From an uncultured Kiritimatiellota bacterium (GTDB lineage: Bacteria > Verrucomicrobiota > Kiritimatiellia > RFP12 > DVOR01), in assembly GCA_944389545.1 (NCBI GenBank), contig CALXMT010000002.1, positions 108,645 to 172,644 of the forward strand: DNA of 64,000 bases, in the 5' to 3' direction. Of the stretch, positions 50,501-59,669 are shown in pieces. Numbering within the stretch: position 1 is the stretch's first letter; each line of letters starts with the position of its first letter. The notes below the pieces were generated by a model that was not told where the DNA came from, did not search any database, and saw only the letters and a list, made by a program, of their open reading frames with translations. The translations under genes and the position numbers were made by a program.

Positions 50501-51718
50501 GTGGCTTTCATGAGATTCGTGATTTTATTGCTTGGGTTTTGTTTGACTGGCTTGTCTTGGGCCTCGTGTGTGCAATTCATATGGATTGATGAAGACGGCA
50601 ATGAGGTAGAGCTCCCTATTGGGCCAACGTTTTATGAACGCTTTTCAAGAGGGATGGATAGAGAAACTGTCGCTCAAGCCCTGAATGAAGGGTGTCCCAG
50701 ACGAACACGAGAAATCTCGTTCGAGGAGGCATGTGCGGAGTTTTTCGACCTGAGGCAATCGGTTCCTTTTCTATTTAGGGAAGGGCGCACTGTCACGGCC
50801 TATCAAGAAATCCCTGTAGAGAATCAGCGTGGCGGCTCCTTGCCGCAGAGCGATGTGGATGAGGAGCAATTTTACTTCTTTATATTTGATGAACAGGGGC
50901 AACTGACAGATGCGGTTGAAGTACCGCAGAACAGAGGGGAACCGCTCTTCTTCATAGAGGGCGAATTTGTCGATGAACTATTATCCCTCAAGCAAGGCGA
51001 GGAATCAGAGGCGGTGTTTGCGAGATTCGGGACCCGTCGGCCAATCCAGCATTTGCAAACGCAAGATGGGCGATGGTATGTTATCTATAACTATGAGTGT
51101 GTCGCAAATGGGCGACGCGGGGTCTTTTGCAGGGTATGGATTGGTGGCGGTACGGGGCGAGTGGAGTATGTCGAAGGAGGAATGCTAGGTCGAAAATGGA
51201 CCGGTGGGCAATCTGACGCGAAAGATGTGGAGGCCATTTTGCAGGAAGCCATCCGTGAATGTGAGAGGAAATCAGGAGGTCAGTGGAAGGAATCCTTAGA
51301 CACTGTGCGGTTACGATTGGTTTTATCCCGTTACCGGAGTGAGTCAGGCAAGGTCTCCGCGGATGACGAGAGAGGGCTTTGCCAACAGGTTGAACGCATA
51401 CTGGTCAAGGAAAGCAAAGACGCTGCGAGCGATGCCGCAAGTGGTTTCGGGAGTGATTTGGTCGCGGCGCGTCTGCGCGAGAGACTGACGCGGTTTAGGT
51501 GCGAAGAAAGCCAGACGCTTTATTCGCTTTTCCCCGGTGACACGGTTGATTTGTCGCCTTTGTTGTGGGAACATCGGCGTGCGGCGGAAGCGCTTGTCAA
51601 ACTGTCGTATCAAGCGTATCAAGCCGGGACGATAGACGAACGAGAGTTCATAGATGCGCTCTTATTGTTGAACCCTCCTTCTCCCCGTATCGTTCCGGAG
51701 ACAGAGGATACATTATAG
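50501..51718 (+). CDS. hypothetical secreted/lipoprotein (low-GC island)
   Basis: 405 aa; signal peptide MAFMRFVILLLGFCLTGLSWASC (possible lipobox) and an acidic domain with no known motif. Confidence 0.45.
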   Translation: MAFMRFVILLLGFCLTGLSWASCVQFIWIDEDGNEVELPIGPTFYERFSRGMDRETVAQALNEGCPRRTREISFEEACAEFFDLRQSVPFLFREGRTVTAYQEIPVENQRGGSLPQSDVDEEQFYFFIFDEQGQLTDAVEVPQNRGEPLFFIEGEFVDELLSLKQGEESEAVFARFGTRRPIQHLQTQDGRWYVIYNYECVANGRRGVFCRVWIGGGTGRVEYVEGGMLGRKWTGGQSDAKDVEAILQEAIRECERKSGGQWKESLDTVRLRLVLSRYRSESGKVSADDERGLCQQVERILVKESKDAASDAASGFGSDLVAARLRERLTRFRCEESQTLYSLFPGDTVDLSPLLWEHRRAAEALVKLSYQAYQAGTIDEREFIDALLLLNPPSPRIVPETEDTL

Positions 51719-51883
51719 TCAGAAGAAGCAACGAACATGTCTATGCTGACACGTTTTGGAGTTTCGTCAAATCGCGCAATGATACGGTCGCCTCGCAGTA
51801 CAACGATATGAACAATCTGCTCGGCCACCCTGTGTGGATGTGCTAAAGCAAGGGTGATGGGATAACCAAGGAGGAGCGGTGAT

Positions 51884-52354
51884 ATGCACGTTTACCTCAA
51901 GTATGGGTTTGTGCTTTTCCCTACAGAGCAGATGAAGTTGACGAGATTGTCGAGCGAAGGTGTTTATTTGTACAGTGGTTGCATCTTATCCCATCTGTTT
52001 GGAAACGCTCGGGGTCGGTCATGGGTTGTATTTTCACGTAATCGTGTACGTCTTCATGGTGTGACACCGTTCAATAGCGGGAGCATGGATTACTGTTTTT
52101 CCAAAAGGGAGATTCGATCCATCTATACAAACGATTCGCCCTCCGTTCCTTTCTTGGGGACGGGCTATGGGCTCGATTCGAGGCCTCCGTTTCTGACAAG
52201 AATGTATTATTTTTATACCGCTCCAGCGCTCAGATATCGATGGCCTATGCGGTACAGGTTTCTGATCATCGAGATGGTATCCTTCTATATCCTCATGTTT
52301 GTCGAGTCTGAACGTGAAGTGCGTCTATATCAAGAGCAGCTCAAAAAACGATAA
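51884..52354 (+). CDS. hypothetical protein (low-GC island)
   Basis: 156 aa, Tyr/Arg-rich, C-terminal hydrophobic helix. Confidence 0.35.
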   Translation: MHVYLKYGFVLFPTEQMKLTRLSSEGVYLYSGCILSHLFGNARGRSWVVFSRNRVRLHGVTPFNSGSMDYCFSKREIRSIYTNDSPSVPFLGTGYGLDSRPPFLTRMYYFYTAPALRYRWPMRYRFLIIEMVSFYILMFVESEREVRLYQEQLKKR

Positions 52355-52461
52355 AGATTCTCTTAAATGGCAATCTCGCAGATTGTTTGTCCTTGGTGAA
52401 GAATGCGGTTGTCAAATAACCGCACTTCCCTTGCTCTTTGACAATGGCATCGTGTTTGTGG

Positions 52462-52795
52462 CAATAGTGTCCGGGGAAGTTTTACCGCGAAAACGGTCTT
52501 GCGTGGAAACCCTGCGGGCTCCATCGCTCCCGTTGGTCGCGCCGCCCTTGGGGTTTCCACGCTATCGCGCCCCTGAAGGGGCGCTCAAAAGGGGAATGAG
52601 GAAGTTTGGAAGCTTGGAAGTTCAGCTTTTACGGTGGGGCTTCGCCTCACATCCTCTACATTCCTTACTTCAAGGCGCGAAACGGAGGGCGGCGGTCGCG
52701 GTCAGCGGCGAAGCCGCAGAGCGACCGATGGAGCCCGAAGCGGTTCGCGCCAATTGTTGCGTCTTTGCGGTTCCCATTTTCCCCGGACAGTATTG
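52462..52795. mobile_element. MITE-like non-coding element copy 2, complete, with ~38-bp terminal inverted repeats CAATAGTGTCCGGGGAAnnTTTnCCGCGAAAACGG... / ...TTGCGTCTTTGCGGTTCCCATTTTCCCCGGACAGTATTG
   Basis: TIRs read directly from the sequence. The interior matches 5698-6055 (reverse complement), and fragments or solo TIRs occur at 22745-22860, 26115-26262, 40168-40206 and 47412-47455. No ORF of transposase size. Confidence 0.7.
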
Positions 52796-52834
52796 TGTTT
52801 GTGGTGGGCGATTGACCCGAGCGTGGTCTTATTA

Positions 52835-53464
52835 TTATAGAGCGGGGAGGAGGGCGATGAGGCGGCGGGCGAGGTCGAGTTTGGAGAGGAGGGGGAGGGC
52901 CTCGCGGCGGCCATCGGGGTAGAGGAGGGTGACGCGGTTGGTCTCGACGGCGAAACCGGCTCCGGGAGCGGTGACGTCGTTGGCGACGATGAGGTCGAGG
53001 CCCTTTTCACGGAGTTTGCGCCCGGCCTCGGCGGTCGGTTCGCCGGTTTCGGCGGCGAAGCCGATGAAGCGGCGGTTCCCCTTTTGGGGACGGATGGTCT
53101 TGAGGATGTCGGGATTGGGGACGAGGCGGAGGACGCCGTTCATGCCGGACTTTTTGAGTTTGGTGGAGGAACAGGTCTCGGGACGCCAGTCGGCGACGGC
53201 GGCGGAGGCGATGAGGACATCGGCCTGAACCAGTTCACGCTGGACGGCGGCAAGCATATCGCGGGCGGTAACGACATCGACACGGCGGACGTTGGGCGGG
53301 GTGGGGAGCTCAACGGGGCCGGCGATAAGGGTGACGGTGTGGCCGGCCTCGGCGGCGGCCTGGGCAATGGCGAAGCCCATACGGCCGGTGGAACGGTTGG
53401 AGAGGAAGCGAACGGGGTCAATGGGCTCGCGCGTAGGGCCGGCGGTGATGAGGATGTGTGACAT
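52835..53464 (-). CDS. coaB: phosphopantothenate--cysteine ligase (CoaB domain only)
   Basis: [27 protein letters not shown]...[10 protein letters not shown] is the CoaB signature; 209 aa with no CoaC flavoprotein half. Confidence 0.8.
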   Translation of the reverse strand: MSHILITAGPTREPIDPVRFLSNRSTGRMGFAIAQAAAEAGHTVTLIAGPVELPTPPNVRRVDVVTARDMLAAVQRELVQADVLIASAAVADWRPETCSSTKLKKSGMNGVLRLVPNPDILKTIRPQKGNRRFIGFAAETGEPTAEAGRKLREKGLDLIVANDVTAPGAGFAVETNRVTLLYPDGRREALPLLSKLDLARRLIALLPAL

Positions 53465-53486
53465 GGGAGGGACTGTTGGAGGGGTG

Positions 53487-53790
53487 GCCTGAAGTTAAGG
53501 AGAACGGAGAACAGAGAACGGAGAACGGAGCGCGCGGCAAGCGCGCGACGGGTAGGGTGGAGGGAGAACAGTGGAATGTTTGCCTTGCGGGGCTGACACG
53601 AAGGGGCACGAAGAACCACGAAGGTCTACAGAGAAAGAACGTATACGGCTTGACGGGACGTGCCACAAAGGGAACGAGGACGTTCGCCCGTCGCCCGTAA
53701 GGGCGTTCTGTTCTCTGTGGCCGTGGAAGGTTTGTCCCTTCGGGCCTGCACGCTCCGTTCTCTGTTCTCTACTAAGTCGGGCTGGCCCGA
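53487..53790. repeat. mosaic intergenic repeat (GAGAACR heptads, GCGCGCGGCAAGCGCGCGACGGGTAGGG, inverted partner module) ending in hairpin AGTCGGGCTGGCCCGACT that can terminate panD
   Basis: Near-identical to 25995-26125; the hairpin at 53766-53786 sits just after the panD stop. Confidence 0.65.
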
Positions 53791-53791
53791 C

Positions 53792-54151
53792 TTAGTAGGC
53801 CTGGGCGATGACGTTGTTGTCGGCGTCGAGGCGGACGACTTTGGGTTGGTGGGTGGGGGCGTCTTGCTCGGGGACTTGGGCGAAGGCCATGACGATGAGG
53901 CGGTCGCCGACCTTGCCCATGTAGGCGGCGGCGCCGTTGAGGCAGGCGATGCGGGAGCCGCGGACGCCGGGGATGACGTAGGTCTCGAGGCGCTGGCCGT
54001 TGTCGAGGTTGGCGACGAGGACCTTTTCGTAGGCGCGGATGCCGACGGCATCCATGAGGTCTTCATCGACGGTGAGGGAGCCGAGATATTCGAGGTCGGC
54101 TTGGGTGACACGCAGGTGGTGAAGCTTGGCGTGGAGAAGAGTCAGGGTCAT
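53792..54151 (-). CDS. panD: aspartate 1-decarboxylase (start at internal MTLTLLHAKLHH)
   Basis: 119 aa; LHAKLHHLRVTQADLEYLGSLTVDEDLMDAVGI and ERGSRIACLNGAAA (pyruvoyl self-processing G-S site). Confidence 0.85.
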   Translation of the reverse strand: MTLTLLHAKLHHLRVTQADLEYLGSLTVDEDLMDAVGIRAYEKVLVANLDNGQRLETYVIPGVRGSRIACLNGAAAYMGKVGDRLIVMAFAQVPEQDAPTHQPKVVRLDADNNVIAQAY

Positions 54152-54152
54152 G

Positions 54153-57100
54153 TTAGGGTTTCCAATCCCACTTGTAGGTGTTGGGGACAAAGGGTTTGTG
54201 GGAACGTTCGAAGGCATCGACTTCACTGGTGAGGACATCGATGGCGGCATCCAGCTGGGGGTCTCTGCCGGCGACGGCGTCGGCGGGGGTCGTTTCGACG
54301 ATGACGTCTGGGATGGCGCCGTGGAGCTCCATATCGGTGCCATCGAGGGTGTACCAGCCGTAGTGGGCGTGGCGGAAGGTGCCAACGTCAAGGAGGGGGC
54401 GATCGTTGGTGGCGATGACACCGCCCTGGGTCTGGACGCCGACGAGCTTGCCGCGGCCGAGCTGCTTGATGGCGTGGGAGAAGATTTCGCCGTTGGAGAC
54501 GGTGTTTTGGTTGCAGAGGACAACGATGGGCTTGTCGAAGACGGGGCGGCCCCAGTAGCCGGCGAGGTAGGCGGGGGAGCCGTGGCGGGGGACAGACCAG
54601 GAGTGGCGCTGGATGCCGAGGATGTTGAGGACGCGGTCGGCGGTGAAGCCGCCGGTGTTGTCGCGGACATCGATGACCATGCCGGCCTTGTCGAAGCCTT
54701 CGGCGAAGATTTCGCGCTCGAAGCGGTTGTATTCGTCGTTGTTCATCTGGGTGATGTTGATGTAGCCGAAGGCGCCGCCGGAACGGCGGTGGACGTAGTC
54801 GCGGCGGTCGGCGTACATGGCCTTCTGGAGAAGGTTGCGGGCTTGGCCGTAGGTGATGGCCTCGATGTAGACCTTGCGGGTGGTGTCACCGGTGCGGACC
54901 TCGATGGTGAACTTGCCGGGGCGGGGGCCGTTGAGAAGGAGGGTGGGGTCCATGCCGTTACGGATGGGCTTGCCGTTGATGGAGACGATGAGGTCGCCGG
55001 GCTTGAGATTGATTTGCGCGGAGTCCGCGGGGCCGTCCGGGATGACGCGGCGGACCATCCAGCCGACATCGCCGGTGTAGGTGTTGTCGAACTGGATGCC
55101 GAGGTGAGAGGTGACGGGCTCCCAGGCGTTGGCGGAGGTGTCGCGCTCCCATTCCTTGCGAGAATTCTCGGAGGGATAGAAGCCGAGGTGAGAGGCGTTG
55201 AGCTCGCCGTTGAGGGCCTGGAGGATGCGGTTGAAGACGGAGGCGTTGGGGGCGTAGCGGGCGGCGGCCTGGTATTTGAGGCGGACGCGCTCCCAGTCGG
55301 CGCCGTGGTGGTTGGCGTCGTAGAACTCATCGCGCAGGCCACGCCAGGCTGAGAGGAAGGCGAGCTCTTGGTAGTCCGGGAGGTAGAGCTCCTGGTAGAC
55401 GTTGAAGGGATAACGCTCGTTGAGGGTGCCGATGCGGTTGTCGTTGGTGATCATGATGAGGCGGTCCGGGGTGGCGCCGGGCTTGCCGAACCAACCGATG
55501 GGATAGCCCCAAGTTGCGTTGAGGAAGCGGGGGGTGATGGCGTCCGGGATGGTGACTTCGTAGGTGCCGGCGCGGCCATCGATGGTGGCGGGGAAGAGGA
55601 TGCGACGGCTGTCCGGGGCGAAGGTGGGGGCACCCATGGCGGCGACGGGCTTGGCGTGGACGCGCTCGTGGAGGTCGGCGAAGTCGACCACGACGGGTTT
55701 CGGGCCGGGGCGCTGTGGCGCTGCGGCGTCTGCGTTGGGGCTGTTGGGGTCGGGGGCGTCCAGCGCGGTGGCGCCGAGGAGCTCGGAGGTCTCGGGGCGA
55801 TCCTGGAGGCTCAGGCCCATGTGTTCGATGGCCTTGCGGTAGGATTGGGCCTTGAGAGCCTCTTCGTCGTGGCGGTTGAGCCAGACGTAGAAGAGGGTGG
55901 TGCCGGAGCCGACGCGTTGGCCGTTCCAGGCGATGATCTTTCCGTCCGGAGACCAGGCCGGGGTGCCATCCCACGTGAAGGAGCGGGAGAGGTTGTAGGG
56001 CCGTTGGTTGGGGTCATCGATGGGGAGAACCCAGATGTCGCTGTTGACGTAGTCGTCTTCCATGGCGGCGACCAGCCAACGGCCGTCCGGAGACCAGTCG
56101 TAGGTGTTGACACGCTTGACCTGCGGCATGGTTCGGATGACGTTCGCATCGAGGTCGGCGACGACGATGCGGCAGGTGTTCTCGACCCAGGCGAGGCGAG
56201 AGCCGTCCGGCGAAACGGAAAGCATGGAACGATTGACGGGGTCGTCCTTGAGGGGACGGACGTTGAAGTCTGAGTTTTCCCACCAGAAGTGGTCGGGGCG
56301 GGCTTTTTCGGCAAGGAGGAGCGCGGTGCCGTCGCCGCGATCGGAGAGGATGTAGAGGCGGGTGGCGTCCTTGGAGAAGACGGCCTCGCGTTCGTGCGTG
56401 CGGGAGTCGCCGTAGACCAAGCGGGGCTCGCGGAGGACGGTGTCCATGACGTAGACATCGCCGCCGGCGGTGAAGGCGAATTGGAGGCCGTCCTCGGTGG
56501 CGGCGAGGGAGCCGATGGCATCGTTGTTCCAGAGGGTGTCGTAGTAGCGGCGACGGATGGTGGGGCGAGCAAGGCCGGTGTCCTCCGGAAGGAGGTCGAT
56601 GCGGCGAGGGGCGCGGCCGGGGCGCGTGGGGTCGAAGGACCAGAACCAAAAGCCTTGGCGGAAGACCATGGTGCGGCCGTCTGCGGAGAGGGTGGGGGCG
56701 ATGACACTGTCGCCTTCGAAGAAGGTCAGCTGGCGTTCCTCGGTGCCGGGGAAGGCGTGCCACCAGATGTTTTGGGTGCCGCCCTGGCCGGAGACGTAGT
56801 AGAAGCCGTTGCCGTCCGGGCACCAAATGGGGGAGAGGCTCTCGGTGGGGTGCTTGACGGCGAGGGCAAAGGTACGGGTCTGGGTGTCGTAGCACCAGAT
56901 GCGGGCGGCGTTCTCGCCGGTGAACCCTTTGCGATAGAGGCTTTCGCCTTCTTGGACAAAGAGCAGGTAGCGACCGTCCGGAGAGAGGGAGGGATCATTG
57001 CCCATGGCGTCGAAGACCTGGCGTTCTGCGGCGCGTTCGTCGACGGGGAGCCAAGCCAGGCGCCCTTGCTCGAAGACTGAGCCGTTGTCGTCGCGCAGGA

Positions 57101-57584
57101 CGTAGCAGAGCAACTCGGAGTCGTCGGCCGACCAGAGGTAGGGGCGCTCGCCTTCGGAGTTGAAGCCGATTTGGCGCGCCTCGGCGCCTTCGTCAATGTC
57201 GGCGACGAAGACGTGCCAGCCGCCGGCGCGGTTGGACTGGAAAGCGAAGCGCTTGCCGTCGCGGGAGACGACGGGCCAGGCATCGTGGCCGGTGGAGTGC
57301 TGGAGAATCTTGGCCGTGCCGCCGGAGACGGGCGCAATCCAGATGGCGTCGCACCACTCGAAGATAAAGCGCTGGCCATCCGGCAAGAGGGAGGGACGGC
57401 TGGCAAGGTAAATATGGGAAGGGTCGAAGCCCTGGGGCAGGGGAGCCTCCGGAGGGCGGCAAGACCATGTCTGGGTCGCGGCCGGCCGGGTCTGCGCCTG
57501 GGGGTGTTGGGCGCCGAAGGCAAGTGCGGACGTGACGCAGAGGAGGAGTGCGGTGGCAAACCTTTTGGTGCGAAGGATGCGCAT
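54153..57584 (-). CDS. tricorn protease homolog (S41-family peptidase with tandem beta-propellers and PDZ)
   Basis: 1143 aa with signal peptide, many TolB-like WD/PD40 repeats, a PDZ (…KPGDLIVSINGKPI…) and a C-terminal S41 catalytic region (…TVSNGEIFSHAIK…). Confidence 0.75.
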   Translation of the reverse strand: MRILRTKRFATALLLCVTSALAFGAQHPQAQTRPAATQTWSCRPPEAPLPQGFDPSHIYLASRPSLLPDGQRFIFEWCDAIWIAPVSGGTAKILQHSTGHDAWPVVSRDGKRFAFQSNRAGGWHVFVADIDEGAEARQIGFNSEGERPYLWSADDSELLCYVLRDDNGSVFEQGRLAWLPVDERAAERQVFDAMGNDPSLSPDGRYLLFVQEGESLYRKGFTGENAARIWCYDTQTRTFALAVKHPTESLSPIWCPDGNGFYYVSGQGGTQNIWWHAFPGTEERQLTFFEGDSVIAPTLSADGRTMVFRQGFWFWSFDPTRPGRAPRRIDLLPEDTGLARPTIRRRYYDTLWNNDAIGSLAATEDGLQFAFTAGGDVYVMDTVLREPRLVYGDSRTHEREAVFSKDATRLYILSDRGDGTALLLAEKARPDHFWWENSDFNVRPLKDDPVNRSMLSVSPDGSRLAWVENTCRIVVADLDANVIRTMPQVKRVNTYDWSPDGRWLVAAMEDDYVNSDIWVLPIDDPNQRPYNLSRSFTWDGTPAWSPDGKIIAWNGQRVGSGTTLFYVWLNRHDEEALKAQSYRKAIEHMGLSLQDRPETSELLGATALDAPDPNSPNADAAAPQRPGPKPVVVDFADLHERVHAKPVAAMGAPTFAPDSRRILFPATIDGRAGTYEVTIPDAITPRFLNATWGYPIGWFGKPGATPDRLIMITNDNRIGTLNERYPFNVYQELYLPDYQELAFLSAWRGLRDEFYDANHHGADWERVRLKYQAAARYAPNASVFNRILQALNGELNASHLGFYPSENSRKEWERDTSANAWEPVTSHLGIQFDNTYTGDVGWMVRRVIPDGPADSAQINLKPGDLIVSINGKPIRNGMDPTLLLNGPRPGKFTIEVRTGDTTRKVYIEAITYGQARNLLQKAMYADRRDYVHRRSGGAFGYINITQMNNDEYNRFEREIFAEGFDKAGMVIDVRDNTGGFTADRVLNILGIQRHSWSVPRHGSPAYLAGYWGRPVFDKPIVVLCNQNTVSNGEIFSHAIKQLGRGKLVGVQTQGGVIATNDRPLLDVGTFRHAHYGWYTLDGTDMELHGAIPDVIVETTPADAVAGRDPQLDAAIDVLTSEVDAFERSHKPFVPNTYKWDWKP

Positions 57585-57587
57585 GGG

Positions 57588-59615
57588 TCAGGCCTCCAGA
57601 TGCTGCTCGTTTTGGATGTCGCAGAGGCGGCGATAGATGCCGCCGCGCGCGTAGAGTTCCTCGTGAGTGCCACGCTCTTTGATGACACCATGCTCGAGAA
57701 CGAGGATGCAATCGGCGTTGCGAATGGTGGAGAGTCGGTGGGCGATGGCGAAGATGGTGCGGTTCTGCATCAAGTTGTTGATGGCTTCCTGCACCTGTTG
57801 CTCGGTGACGGTGTCAAGGGCGCTGGTGGCCTCGTCGAGGATGAGAATGGGCGGGTTGCGCAGAATGGCGCGGGCGATGGCGACACGTTGGCGCTCGCCG
57901 CCGCTGAGAACAAAGCCCTTTTCGCCGACGATGCGCTCATACCCCTCGGGGTGCGCCATGATGAAATTGTGGGCGTTCGCGAGTTTTGCGGCTTCGATGA
58001 TTTGCTCGCGGGTGGCGTCGGGCGAGCCGTAGGCGATGTTGGCGGCGATGGTGTCGTTGAAGAGGATGGACTCTTGGGTGACGGCTCCGATGACGGCGCG
58101 GATGTCGGCGATTTTGTAGTCGCGGATGTCGTGGCCATCGATGAGAATCTGGCCGGAGGTGACGTCGTAGAAACGGGCGAGGAGGTTGGCGATGGTGCTC
58201 TTGCCGCTGCCGGTTGAGCCGACGACTGCGTACATCTGACCGCGCTTGATGGTGAAGTTGGCATCGTTGACGATGAGGTCCCCGGAGCCCGCGTAGAGGA
58301 AGGAGACGTGGTCGAAGACGATGCTGTCATTGAAGGACTTGATGGGCAATGCGTCCGGCTTCTCGATGAGTTCCTCGTGGACATCAAGCAACGAGAAGAT
58401 ACGCTGGAGCGCGGCGCGTCCATTCTCCAAGGCAATCTGGATGCGCCCGATTTGCTTCATGGGCTTGTAGAGAATGAGGAAGGGCGGCAACAAGGGGATG
58501 ATTTCGACAAAGGAGAACCCTCTGAACGCGCACATCATCAAGAAGGCTCCGGCCAAGACCATCGCCACCAGTTCGGTCAACGGTCCGACCAAGATGCTGA
58601 AGCGGACCGCCCGCATGTTCATCTTGTATTGGCGGAGGCTGATGAGTCGGAATTTCTCGGTCTCCGCGGCCTCGGTGTTGTAGGCCTTGATGATGCGGAC
58701 GCACGTGAGGTTCTCATGGAAGTTGGACCCCATGCCCGCGCTTTGTTCAAGCATACGGGCCGTCCAACGACGGATTTGACGGCCGAGCCACACCACCGGC
58801 ACCATGCAGAGCGGATAGCCGAAGACGGTGATGAGCAGGAGGCTCAGCATGCCATTTTGGATGGCATAGGCACTGACGAAGACGATGGCCGTGAGCACCT
58901 CGAAGGGCGCCCGGCACAGGTCGCTCATCGTGGAGGAGATGATGGTCTGGACAATGGCGGGGTCGCCGGTGGCGCGGCTCATCAGCTTGCCCACATCGCA
59001 ACGCCCATGGAAGGCAAGGGATTGTTGTTGCAAGTGGGCAAACATGGTGTTGCGCAGATCCAACACCACCTTCATGCCGGCCTTCGTCAGGAAGTATTGG
59101 TTCAGATATTGCGTGACCATCTTCAGACCGACGGCACCGGCAAAGAAGAGGAGAAGAATGATCAGAATGCTGGTTCGTGCACTGCCGTCGTCGTTGGAGA
59201 TGGAGATGCCGAAGCGTTCGAAGAGGCGTTCTGCCTCGGAAAGGTTTTTCTTGGCCTTTTCGGCTTCTTTCTTGCCGGTTTCGGCCAACTGTTCGGTCGC
59301 CGTGGGCTGCTTCTTGGCCGCTGTCTCCGGTTGCGTTACGACCGGCGTCTCTTGTTGGGGCGCTTCAGGGGAGACGCTCTGTTCGACCTGCTGCGGGATG
59401 AGTTGCTCGGCCATGGGGCGCACCATCATGAAGATGGGAGTCCACGCGCCGCCGGTAAGCATGCCTAGGAGCATACCTGCAATGATGATTCCCCGATATT
59501 TTCGTGTGTATCCCCACAGACGCCGATAAACCGTTTTCGCGTCATAGTCTCGGTCAAACCATTCCCGGCCAAACTGTTCGGGGGCTGGCATATGCTTTTT
59601 CTGTTTCCGCGGCAT
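57588..59615 (-). CDS. ABC exporter, fused permease/ATPase (MsbA-like) with ~90-aa insertion in first extracytoplasmic loop
   Basis: Walker A GSTGSGKST, signature LSGGERQRVAIARAIL and Walker B ILILDEATSALD. A Glu/Lys/Pro-rich insert lies between TM1 and TM2. Confidence 0.85.
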   Translation of the reverse strand: MPRKQKKHMPAPEQFGREWFDRDYDAKTVYRRLWGYTRKYRGIIIAGMLLGMLTGGAWTPIFMMVRPMAEQLIPQQVEQSVSPEAPQQETPVVTQPETAAKKQPTATEQLAETGKKEAEKAKKNLSEAERLFERFGISISNDDGSARTSILIILLLFFAGAVGLKMVTQYLNQYFLTKAGMKVVLDLRNTMFAHLQQQSLAFHGRCDVGKLMSRATGDPAIVQTIISSTMSDLCRAPFEVLTAIVFVSAYAIQNGMLSLLLITVFGYPLCMVPVVWLGRQIRRWTARMLEQSAGMGSNFHENLTCVRIIKAYNTEAAETEKFRLISLRQYKMNMRAVRFSILVGPLTELVAMVLAGAFLMMCAFRGFSFVEIIPLLPPFLILYKPMKQIGRIQIALENGRAALQRIFSLLDVHEELIEKPDALPIKSFNDSIVFDHVSFLYAGSGDLIVNDANFTIKRGQMYAVVGSTGSGKSTIANLLARFYDVTSGQILIDGHDIRDYKIADIRAVIGAVTQESILFNDTIAANIAYGSPDATREQIIEAAKLANAHNFIMAHPEGYERIVGEKGFVLSGGERQRVAIARAILRNPPILILDEATSALDTVTEQQVQEAINNLMQNRTIFAIAHRLSTIRNADCILVLEHGVIKERGTHEELYARGGIYRRLCDIQNEQHLEA

Positions 59616-59669
59616 AGACGCTCCAAAGGGAAGGAGGGGGCCGCCGATAGACGGCCCCCTCGTGAGGCT

